Of a DNA stretch of 32,000 nucleotides, positions 17,651 through 25,736 are shown one piece after another. Position 1 is the stretch's first letter. Each line of letters begins with the position of its first letter. The DNA is taken from contig SUPR01000003.1 of the NCBI GenBank assembly GCA_005191425.1, positions 1 to 32,000 of the forward strand, written 5' to 3'. Under the pieces are notes generated by a model. The model saw nothing but the letters and a program-made list of their open reading frames with translations, made no database searches and was not told the origin of the DNA. A program made the position numbers and the translations under genes. The stretch comes from Candidatus Helarchaeota ASGARD archaeon Hel_GB_B (lineage in GTDB: Archaea > Asgardarchaeota > Lokiarchaeia > Helarchaeales > HEL-GB-B).

Positions 17651-19018
17651 TTAAACTTTTAATACCGATTCTACTAAATCAAAAATTTCTGAGGCATTTG
17701 CCTTATCTGTCAATTCTGCGCTAAGTCGCAGTCTATCAAAATATACTAATGGTGTTATTGTAATAAACCCTATCTCTTTTCCAAAAAAGACCTTTGATCC
17801 AAATAACATATCAATAATTTTTTCTGCCTTTCCTTTTAGTTTTTCTAAATATTTAGGATAATTGTAAAAAACATCTTGATCTACCACCAGATCTTTTTGT
17901 ATTTTTATAGATTGACTACATTGAGAAATTAATGAACTCAATTTTTCTCCCGACCTTGCAATCAATTCGCATAATTTTAAAGCAACTAAAATGGTATCTG
18001 TAAACGGAGCGTAAATTGGAAATCTTACTTTCCCCCCATCTGAGATACCTAAATTAGCCATTTTTAATCTGATATTATTACTTATATGTCCAGGGATATT
18101 CTCAACTCTAATTAATTTTATATTATATTCATTTGCTATCTCATCTAATATTCTCGTGGTAGTCTGTGAAGTTATTACTATTGGATTTTTTATGTCTTTA
18201 TTTATTAAATCAGTGAAAAATAATGTTATTAATAAATCTGAATCAATAACTGCACCACTTTCATCAAAAAAGATAGCTCTTGAAGCATCAGCATCAAAAG
18301 CAACTCCAAAATCAGCGTCAGCAGAACCTATAATTCGCGACATTTTTCGAATGGAATTTATATTTGGAAGAATACGGGTGTTCTTATACGGTACAAAAGT
18401 ATTTATAGCAATAACATCGATATCTAGACTACTAAATAATGGTGGTGCTGTAATTCCTATAGGACCATTGGCACAATCCATAACTAACCTTATATTCCCT
18501 TTCGATATTAATTTACTATCAATAAATTGTCTCATAGATTTGTGATAAATAGAATGAATCTCTCCTGAAGTCGATATTTGACCAACTTCATGGGGGTGAA
18601 CTCGAATAATTTTCTTTTTATTGATAATATCGAAAATTTGCGTAAAGAAATCTTGTCCATATTCGATTCCATGTGAATTATAAAATTTAATTGAGGTCTT
18701 TCCCTCATATAAATGACCTGCAGTAAACATTACTCCTCCGCTAGCCCCAAATCGTCTAATTGTAAATCTTAATACATTTGTCGATGCAGAATGAATATCT
18801 AAGACATTAACTCCCGCCGACATCAGTCCTGAAACAAATGCTCTTTTTAGCATCCTACTATCTGCCCTATAATCTCTAGCTAAGACAATTACTCCTTTAT
18901 TTTTTAAAAATGTTCCATATGAAACTCCTAATGTTGCTGATAATTCTGGAATAATATCTATATTAGCTCCAGCTACAATTCTATTATTAATCATATATTT
19001 TTCTTTTTTATATTCCAT
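17651..19018 (-). CDS. Phosphoglucomutase/phosphomannomutase-fold protein with degenerate active site
   Basis: ARDYRADSRMLKRAFVSGLMSAG and LVMDCANG are present, but TAGH replaces TASH and FDADASR replaces DxDxDR. Confidence 0.85.
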   Translation of the reverse strand: MEYKKEKYMINNRIVAGANIDIIPELSATLGVSYGTFLKNKGVIVLARDYRADSRMLKRAFVSGLMSAGVNVLDIHSASTNVLRFTIRRFGASGGVMFTAGHLYEGKTSIKFYNSHGIEYGQDFFTQIFDIINKKKIIRVHPHEVGQISTSGEIHSIYHKSMRQFIDSKLISKGNIRLVMDCANGPIGITAPPLFSSLDIDVIAINTFVPYKNTRILPNINSIRKMSRIIGSADADFGVAFDADASRAIFFDESGAVIDSDLLITLFFTDLINKDIKNPIVITSQTTTRILDEIANEYNIKLIRVENIPGHISNNIRLKMANLGISDGGKVRFPIYAPFTDTILVALKLCELIARSGEKLSSLISQCSQSIKIQKDLVVDQDVFYNYPKYLEKLKGKAEKIIDMLFGSKVFFGKEIGFITITPLVYFDRLRLSAELTDKANASEIFDLVESVLKV

Positions 19019-19072
19019 TTATACATCCACGGGCAATGAATTTTTATACATATTTATATTAAATTTCGTGAA

Positions 19073-20503
19073 TTATAATTTTGTGATCAATTTATAGTAT
19101 AATTTTTCGTATTTTTTGGCTGAATTTTTAAACGAGAAATCGGTTTGCATACCTTCTCTTATTATTTTTTTCCACAAATTTTTATTTTTATATATTTTAA
19201 GCGCTCTTATAATTGTCTTTAAAAGGTCTATTGCAGTATAATCTTGGAATACGAATCCATTTCCATTTATTTCTTCATCAATATCTTTAACGCTATCTGC
19301 TAACCCCCCTACTTTTCTAACAATTGGTATAGTACCATATCGTAAACTAATCATCTGATTTAATCCACATGGTTCATAAAATGATGGCATTAAAAATATA
19401 TCCGAACCCGCTTCAATTTGATGTGCCTTCTTAATATTAAATTCAATGTTTGCGCTTATAATATCTGGATAATCTTTACTTGCCTTAAGTAAAATTTCCT
19501 CATATTCCTTTGATCCTTCTCCTAATATTACTAATTGTAAATCAAACTCGGGTAATACATCAATAATTTTCACTATGAGGTCTAGCCCTTTTTGAGATAC
19601 TAATCTTGAAATAATACTTATCAATGGTAAATCCTTTTTTGGAAGTCCATTTATATCTTGCAATTTTAATTTATTATAATATTTATTTTCGATACTATTT
19701 ATTCCATAATTTCTCCAAATATATGGATCAGTCATCGGATTCCATATATCATAATCTATTCCATTTAGAATACCGTACAAATCTGCTTTTCTCTCTCTTA
19801 AAACTCCGTCCAACCCAAATCCAAATTCTGGTTTTTGAATTTCTAAAGAATATGTTTTGCTTACTGTATTCAGTAAATCAGAAAATACAATTCCCCCTTT
19901 TAATAAATTAATTTTATCGTAAAATTCTAAATATTTATAATGAAAATATTTTTTATCTAAACCTAAATTAGCGTATTTAGATTTGTCAAAAATACCCTGA
20001 TATCCAAGATTATGTATTGTAAATAATATACGTGAACTTCTGAAGAATACATCCTTTTTATATATAGTTTTCAAATAAACAGGTATTAATGCACTCTGCC
20101 AATCGTTGCAATGAATAATTTTTGGCTTATATTTTAAATATTTTAATAATTCTAATACTGTTAAAGAAAAAAAAGCAAATCGTTCAAGATTATCTTGATA
20201 ATCGTTATAAATTTGATCTCTATTGTAGAATTTATCATTACCAATTAAATAAACGTCAATATCTGTCCCGGGTAATTTCGTCCAAAAAATTTTTGCGTTT
20301 AAATTAAAAATTGGGACATGTAGTTTCTCCTTAACAACCTTTAAATTAAATTTCTCATTATTGATCTGTTTATATTTTGGTAAAAAAATCTTAATATTAT
20401 GTCCTAAACCATAAATCGCTTTTGGAAGCGCCTCAGATACATCTGCAAGTCCCCCAGTTTTTATAAATGGAAAAACTTCTGATGAAACAAATGCTATTTT
20501 CAT
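19073..20503 (-). CDS. glgA: Glycogen synthase (bacterial-type GT5)
   Basis: KTGGLADV, HCNDWQ, FTIHNLGYQG, VSKTYSLEI, GILNGID, ISRLVSQKG, PSFYEPCGLNQMISLRYGTIPIVRKVGGLADSV. Confidence 0.96.
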   Translation of the reverse strand: MKIAFVSSEVFPFIKTGGLADVSEALPKAIYGLGHNIKIFLPKYKQINNEKFNLKVVKEKLHVPIFNLNAKIFWTKLPGTDIDVYLIGNDKFYNRDQIYNDYQDNLERFAFFSLTVLELLKYLKYKPKIIHCNDWQSALIPVYLKTIYKKDVFFRSSRILFTIHNLGYQGIFDKSKYANLGLDKKYFHYKYLEFYDKINLLKGGIVFSDLLNTVSKTYSLEIQKPEFGFGLDGVLRERKADLYGILNGIDYDIWNPMTDPYIWRNYGINSIENKYYNKLKLQDINGLPKKDLPLISIISRLVSQKGLDLIVKIIDVLPEFDLQLVILGEGSKEYEEILLKASKDYPDIISANIEFNIKKAHQIEAGSDIFLMPSFYEPCGLNQMISLRYGTIPIVRKVGGLADSVKDIDEEINGNGFVFQDYTAIDLLKTIIRALKIYKNKNLWKKIIREGMQTDFSFKNSAKKYEKLYYKLITKL

Positions 20504-20827
20504 TTCAAGTTCCTATTTCTTATAATATTTCTATTCAATACATAAATCTATTTATTATCCAATTCTCTTATTAATATTAATTCCTTTTTTTAACAAAATT
20601 TCCAGAATTTACATAAAAATATTTTATTAATTATTTTAATTAATTTATTCTATAATTTTATCAACTTTGTTATAACCCATATAATATTTAAATCTTAAAA
20701 ACAAAATTAAATTTAATAATTAAATTCAAAAAAATGCTGAAATTTGTTTTAAGTAAATTAATATTTCATACTTAACTCAATCATAAAGAGTGATCTTTAG
20801 GATAAATAAAATAAAAGAGGTAAAAGT

Positions 20828-22357
20828 ATGGTAACAAGATTTATACCTAAATTAATTCAAAATGTCTCTCTTACGTTAGGTATATCTGATGACGAATATG
20901 AAGTCTTAAAAAATTGTAGCAATGGGGAAAATACTATTTCTGATATTGTGGCATTAACTAATTTTGATTGGAATTTAGTAGTTGAAATTCTAAAAAAATA
21001 CGAAAAAAAAGGATGGATAAAAATAGAATATGAAGGTGATACTCCCGAATTTCAACCTTTAAGTATTAAAAAATTTCCAGAAACTGCAGTTCGACTTGGT
21101 ATGATCAGTAAGAAAAAATATGATATAAACCTTTTATGTGATGGGACTCGGACTGTTAAAGAAATTTCTGACGAAGTAAATATCGATTATGAAAAAGTAA
21201 TAGACATTTTAGAAGATATGAAAAAAAATAAAATCGTAGAAATTTATCCTAAAATTCCTCTAAAAGAGATTACACATGAGATAAAGAAAGAAACTGAGAA
21301 AAAAATTATCCAACCTGTATGTATTAAGAATATTTCATTTTTTAGTAATTTACCAGACGATATTAAAAATATTTTACAAAATTGTGATGGTCAAAAAACT
21401 ATTGAAGATATTTATTTAGCAACAAAATTGCCTATTAGTAAAGTTCTAAAGACTATTATTGAATATGAAGAAAAAGGTTGGATTACTCTTAAACTCGATC
21501 AATATATGAAATTAGTAGAATTAAAAAATAAAATTAAAAATGTTCAAGATGATAATCAAATAAAGAAAGAATATGAAAATATTTTTGGTAAATTGAAAGA
21601 GGGAATTGAAGAGGAAAAAGCAGTAGCTCCCGAAGAATTTTTGGATAAATTTGGTGGGAAGGATATGATACGCGTTAGGATCAAATCAGAATTACCTAAA
21701 CTTCCTACTCCCGTCATTAATATTATTCTAGATAAGATCTTCCAATTACCAAATCCTAAAGATCGAGATCTCTTATTAAATAAAATATTAGCCAGTGAAA
21801 ATGCTTATAAATTCAAATTTGGCTCAACTTCTCAAGTCCAAATTCACCAAGATCAAATTACTGTTCCACCAATTCCCCAAGAACCTTTAAAACAAGACAT
21901 CCCCCAAGAAATACCTGAAATTCCTACTGAACCAATCCCATTAGAAGAACAAGCCCCTACTGATGATAGATTGACTATGGTACTTAATATTATTAATGAA
22001 CTAAGTCAACGAATTCTAAATTCAATAATTTCCTTGATTGATGTGGAAGGTAATGGTACCATTCTTTATCAAACTCATGACTGGGATTTTCAGAGTGATA
22101 TTGCAAAATTTATTCTTGATTGGCAATCATCATCACCATCAATTCAACTAAGCGGTATAAAATATGCTACAATTAAAGTGAAACCAAATGACCTCTTTAT
22201 AGCTACTAATGTCCAAGGCTATGGTCATATACTTGCCCAATATTTAAACCCCCTTACAATTTTATTAATAAAAATGCCCCGAGAACAAGACCCCCTTGAT
22301 GTTGAAGATCAATTGCCTGAATTTATAGCAAAAATCAACAGCATTTTTTCTAATTGA
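20828..22357 (+). CDS. Multidomain protein: three winged-helix-like repeats, helical region, Pro-rich linker, C-terminal profilin-like domain
   Basis: Three C(S/D)(N)G..T(I/V).(D/E)I...(KGW)I repeats, then PPIPQEP...EQAP, then ILYQTHDW...IQLSGIKY...FIATNVQGYGHILA. SD-like GAGGT at 20817-20821. Confidence 0.85.
   Translation: MVTRFIPKLIQNVSLTLGISDDEYEVLKNCSNGENTISDIVALTNFDWNLVVEILKKYEKKGWIKIEYEGDTPEFQPLSIKKFPETAVRLGMISKKKYDINLLCDGTRTVKEISDEVNIDYEKVIDILEDMKKNKIVEIYPKIPLKEITHEIKKETEKKIIQPVCIKNISFFSNLPDDIKNILQNCDGQKTIEDIYLATKLPISKVLKTIIEYEEKGWITLKLDQYMKLVELKNKIKNVQDDNQIKKEYENIFGKLKEGIEEEKAVAPEEFLDKFGGKDMIRVRIKSELPKLPTPVINIILDKIFQLPNPKDRDLLLNKILASENAYKFKFGSTSQVQIHQDQITVPPIPQEPLKQDIPQEIPEIPTEPIPLEEQAPTDDRLTMVLNIINELSQRILNSIISLIDVEGNGTILYQTHDWDFQSDIAKFILDWQSSSPSIQLSGIKYATIKVKPNDLFIATNVQGYGHILAQYLNPLTILLIKMPREQDPLDVEDQLPEFIAKINSIFSN
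20840..21496 (+). repeat. Three tandem ~65-aa protein repeats (aa ~5-68, ~75-140, ~161-223)
   Basis: EYEVLKNCSNGENTISDIVALTNFDWNLVVEILKKYEKKGWI / KYDINLLCDGTRTVKEISDEVNIDYEKVIDILEDMKKNKIV / IKNILQNCDGQKTIEDIYLATKLPISKVLKTIIEYEEKGWI; each is preceded by an xxPxxI motif (FIPKLI, FQPLSI, IQPVCI). Confidence 0.85.
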
Positions 22358-22379
22358 TCTACATTCATATTTTAATAAA

Positions 22380-22757
22380 TTATTTCAAACGTCTCTGTTT
22401 GATTTTAAATTTCTTTTTATATCTCGTTGTTTTAAATAATAAATTTTTTGGTTTTAAAGGTAATATATCACCATATTCGTCTACTAATTTCTTAATAAAT
22501 CTTGAAGTCTCTGAATTGGCAATCAAATTCGGGTACATAAACATTTCCATTAATCTCTTTTTGATATCACTATCAAAAACTCCAAAATTATTAAGCGGGA
22601 TCTCATATGACTGAGTAACCCAATGTTCGTCTTTCTTCAATAACCCTTTGACCCTTATAATCCCCTCTTTAATTTCATTTCTTTTTGTAGTAGTAATTTT
22701 ATTCATATCATGTATTTGTATAACTACATATCTTTTTTCCTTATTTTTTTTAGGCAT
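22380..22757 (-). CDS. Hypothetical basic protein (125 aa)
   Basis: Composition is plausible for a real protein and it fills the gap between neighbours; no family recognised. Confidence 0.6.
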   Translation of the reverse strand: MPKKNKEKRYVVIQIHDMNKITTTKRNEIKEGIIRVKGLLKKDEHWVTQSYEIPLNNFGVFDSDIKKRLMEMFMYPNLIANSETSRFIKKLVDEYGDILPLKPKNLLFKTTRYKKKFKIKQRRLK

Positions 22758-22996
22758 TTATATCATCATATAATTTATTTTCAACTTTTTAAATCTTTAT
22801 TTTTCATTTTTATTATGTTAAACATGAGTTTTCTATATTTCTTTACATTTGGAGAAAACAAATTTATGTAATAAAACCTTTTTATTTACACTCAAAAAGT
22901 CAGTAAATATTCTAATATTAGACAAAAAATTGAAATCTTATTTACAAGTGATAAAATGTTTAAAATTAATAATAAAAAAGAGAATAATTTTAATTA

Positions 22997-23830
22997 TTAT
23001 TTTAACAAATGCTGATTTTTTGCTTTAAGTGCATAGATTGCTCCCTTCTGTTTTGAAGCTGGCCGCTGGGCTAGGTCTCCTTGAAATTTTAAAAACGGCC
23101 CTTTAATTTTATTTCCTTCACTAATTTCTACTTCAGGTACTTCTTCTAAATATTTAAAACTAGGCAAAATTTCCTCAACTTTACCAAGTGCTACTATTGT
23201 TCCTCCTGCCATTTCAGCGCCTGCTCTCGGGCCCACATCTCCCCTCACAATAATAACACCACGATGTTGATGAACGCCAAGAAATATGTCTGCGTTTCCA
23301 TTTATTTCTATAATCGCACTTTTTCCTTTTAACCATGCCCCTGTTTCTTTACCCACATTTCCTTCTACTATAATTTTTCCACCCATCATACCGCTCCATT
23401 CTCCCCTATAACTACTTCCTAAGTAATGTCCTGCTGACCCTTTAATTATAAACTCTCCTTTTTTCATATCTGTTGCACTAAAATCTCCTACATCTCCTTC
23501 AACAACTACTTTGCCCCCATTTAATTTATCTGCAGTATGAAACCCTGCTGACCCTTTAATCAACAACTCTCCAGCAGTCATTTCTGACCCGATGTATTTT
23601 ACATTCTTTACATCGCCATTTATCACTATTTTCAAATCTGATGCATTTTCTGCAGTAGAACCTGAAATATCAAAATATGTTCCCAACTTTTCTTCTTTAT
23701 TACCTCGATAAACAGGTAAGCCCTTAATTTCCTCTAAACTTTTTCCAGCAAATGAGTCGCAACTAATATTTTCAGCTTCTAGAGGTATGCGGACGGGCAA
23801 ATTTTTGGGTGTTAATTTAATTTCTGCCAT
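22997..23830 (-). CDS. fwdC: Formylmethanofuran dehydrogenase subunit C
   Basis: IPLEAENIS, GxxG beta-helix repeats, YLGSSYRGEWSGMMGGKIIVEGNVG, GAEMAGGTIV, F..FQGD. Confidence 0.92.
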   Translation of the reverse strand: MAEIKLTPKNLPVRIPLEAENISCDSFAGKSLEEIKGLPVYRGNKEEKLGTYFDISGSTAENASDLKIVINGDVKNVKYIGSEMTAGELLIKGSAGFHTADKLNGGKVVVEGDVGDFSATDMKKGEFIIKGSAGHYLGSSYRGEWSGMMGGKIIVEGNVGKETGAWLKGKSAIIEINGNADIFLGVHQHRGVIIVRGDVGPRAGAEMAGGTIVALGKVEEILPSFKYLEEVPEVEISEGNKIKGPFLKFQGDLAQRPASKQKGAIYALKAKNQHLLK

Positions 23831-24196
23831 TTTTTACCGCCATTCATTTTTTGAGCAATTAACTTTAAATTTTATAGAAAATCATTATTTAAAATTTATT
23901 TAACAAATATCCGTTTTTATATTCTAGATTAAAATTAAAAATTTATCTATATATTTATAGCAAATAAACTGGATCTATAAAGTATTTTTTAAAATTAATA
24001 TCTATTTCATAAGAAAAATCAAAAATCTTACATATATAAATATTTTTTTAAATTTCTATTAATTCTCATACCTTCTCAATTCATAGATTAACACATTTTT
24101 TTGTCAAAGAATTGAATTATATTTAATCAGAAAGAGTTATATTTTATAAAATGGGGTAGATTAAATAATTCTCTATAAATTTTGGTGATCTATTAA

Positions 24197-25018
24197 TTGC
24201 CTAGAATATTACATTTATTAAAATTAAAAGATTATGTAACAGTGTTAGGAAGCTTTTTTGCATTTGTTTCAATAATATTGTCATTAATAGGTTTTTCAAC
24301 GAGAAATAATTATTGGATATTACTATCTTGTCTTTTTATTTTCTTTTCAATTTGTACAGACACTCTAGACGGGCTTATTGCTCGGAAAATGAAGCAAGAA
24401 AATGATATTGGCGTTCAAATTGATTCATTAAGTGATTGTGTCTCATTTGTTATTGCTCCAGCAGTAATGATTTATAGTGCTTTTGGCGGAGGTTGGCTTT
24501 TAATTGCATGTGGAATTCTGGTCGTCTGCGGTGTTCTAAGACTTGCTTGGTTTAATATTGAAGATACAACTGAAGGATATATCGGATTAGTTACTCCTAT
24601 GAGCGCCAGTACTCTTATATTATATTTTCTAATAATTTACTTTTATGAAAAAATTATTTCTACGGGAAATGTTGCTATTAATTCATTTTATTTAAGTTTT
24701 CAAATTTGGGAAAATTATTTAAAAAATGCAATAACTGTTAGTATTGTAGTGATAATCTTGGGTATTTTAAATCTTGCAGATTTCTTGAGATATACTAAAA
24801 AAGTACGTAAAAAGCGAGGTCTATGGCAATATTATATAATTGGAGCTACAATCTCAATAATATCTATAATAATAATTCTTGAAATTTCTGCATTCTTCCC
24901 AAATTTATGGACAATTGGCTTTGTTATTGCCCATGCTTGGTCTGTTGTCGCATTTTGGTGTTGCATTGGTTATATTATTTGGGGTGTTATTACATGGCAT
25001 AAATTAAAAGGTGATTAA
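24197..25018 (+). CDS. pssA: CDP-alcohol phosphatidyltransferase, probably archaetidyl/phosphatidylserine synthase
   Basis: DTLDGLIARKMKQENDIGVQIDSLSDCVSF fits DxxDGxxARx8GxxxDxxxD; LRLAWFN; 3 nt upstream of psd; GGTGA SD before a TTG start. Confidence 0.85.
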   Translation: MPRILHLLKLKDYVTVLGSFFAFVSIILSLIGFSTRNNYWILLSCLFIFFSICTDTLDGLIARKMKQENDIGVQIDSLSDCVSFVIAPAVMIYSAFGGGWLLIACGILVVCGVLRLAWFNIEDTTEGYIGLVTPMSASTLILYFLIIYFYEKIISTGNVAINSFYLSFQIWENYLKNAITVSIVVIILGILNLADFLRYTKKVRKKRGLWQYYIIGATISIISIIIILEISAFFPNLWTIGFVIAHAWSVVAFWCCIGYIIWGVITWHKLKGD

Positions 25019-25021
25019 AAT

Positions 25022-25681
25022 TTGTTTGCTAAAGAAGGTTTTTATATTGTTATTCCCTCTTTTATTGTGAATACATTCGTAATTATTTTGTTCAATTATC
25101 TATTCAATAATTGGTTTCCGCTTTTTGGCTGGTTTTTCTCACCTCTCTTTATTTTAACTGCTTTTTTTACTTTCTTTTTCAGAAATCCGCCTAGAACTCC
25201 TGAAGGCGATGGTATTTTAGCTCCAACTGATGGGACTATTATGTCAATCAAATCTGAAGGCAATAAATTGGAAATGTTTATCGAACTAGCTGCTTCTGAC
25301 GTTCATACCCAAAGAGCTCCTTCTGACGGAAAAATTTTATCTGTTGAACGTATCAAAGGATCTCACCACCCCATTTATTTTATTAATAAAGGCGAAATTA
25401 ATTCTGAATATATTGTCCCGGCAAACAAAAATGCAAGGATCAATATTGAAATGATTGATTCCGATGGCTTACCAATGAAAATAATATTAATAGCTGGTAT
25501 TTTTGCTAGGCGTTGCAAAGCTTATGTTAAACCAGGAGTTGAAGTTAAAAGAGGGCAAAATATTGGTATTATTATGTTTGGAAGCCTCCTCAAATTTGAA
25601 TTGGTAGGTAAATTTAAAATCATTAAAAAAGTCGGAGACCATGTTAAAGCAGGTAAACATGTTATTTTAAAAAAGGTCTAA
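25022..25681 (+). CDS. psd: Phosphatidyl(archaetidyl)serine decarboxylase proenzyme
   Basis: MFAKEG, FFFRNPPR, APTDG, DVHTQRAP, AGIFARR, GIIMFGS (Gly-Ser self-cleavage giving the pyruvoyl cofactor). Confidence 0.92.
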   Translation: MFAKEGFYIVIPSFIVNTFVIILFNYLFNNWFPLFGWFFSPLFILTAFFTFFFRNPPRTPEGDGILAPTDGTIMSIKSEGNKLEMFIELAASDVHTQRAPSDGKILSVERIKGSHHPIYFINKGEINSEYIVPANKNARINIEMIDSDGLPMKIILIAGIFARRCKAYVKPGVEVKRGQNIGIIMFGSLLKFELVGKFKIIKKVGDHVKAGKHVILKKV

Positions 25682-25736
25682 CATTTTTTATTGATTTTTT
25701 TAATATATAATTTATATTTAATAAATATTCTTCCTT

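Noticed and set aside
17651-19018. Calling the PGM/PMM-like gene a pseudogene
   Set aside because: The ORF is full-length with no frameshift or internal stop; only catalytic residues differ, which fits a pseudo-enzyme better.
22354-22614. 86-aa plus-strand ORF overlapping the fusion gene stop
   Set aside because: It is the antisense shadow of the 125-aa minus-strand ORF and shows shadow-like composition.
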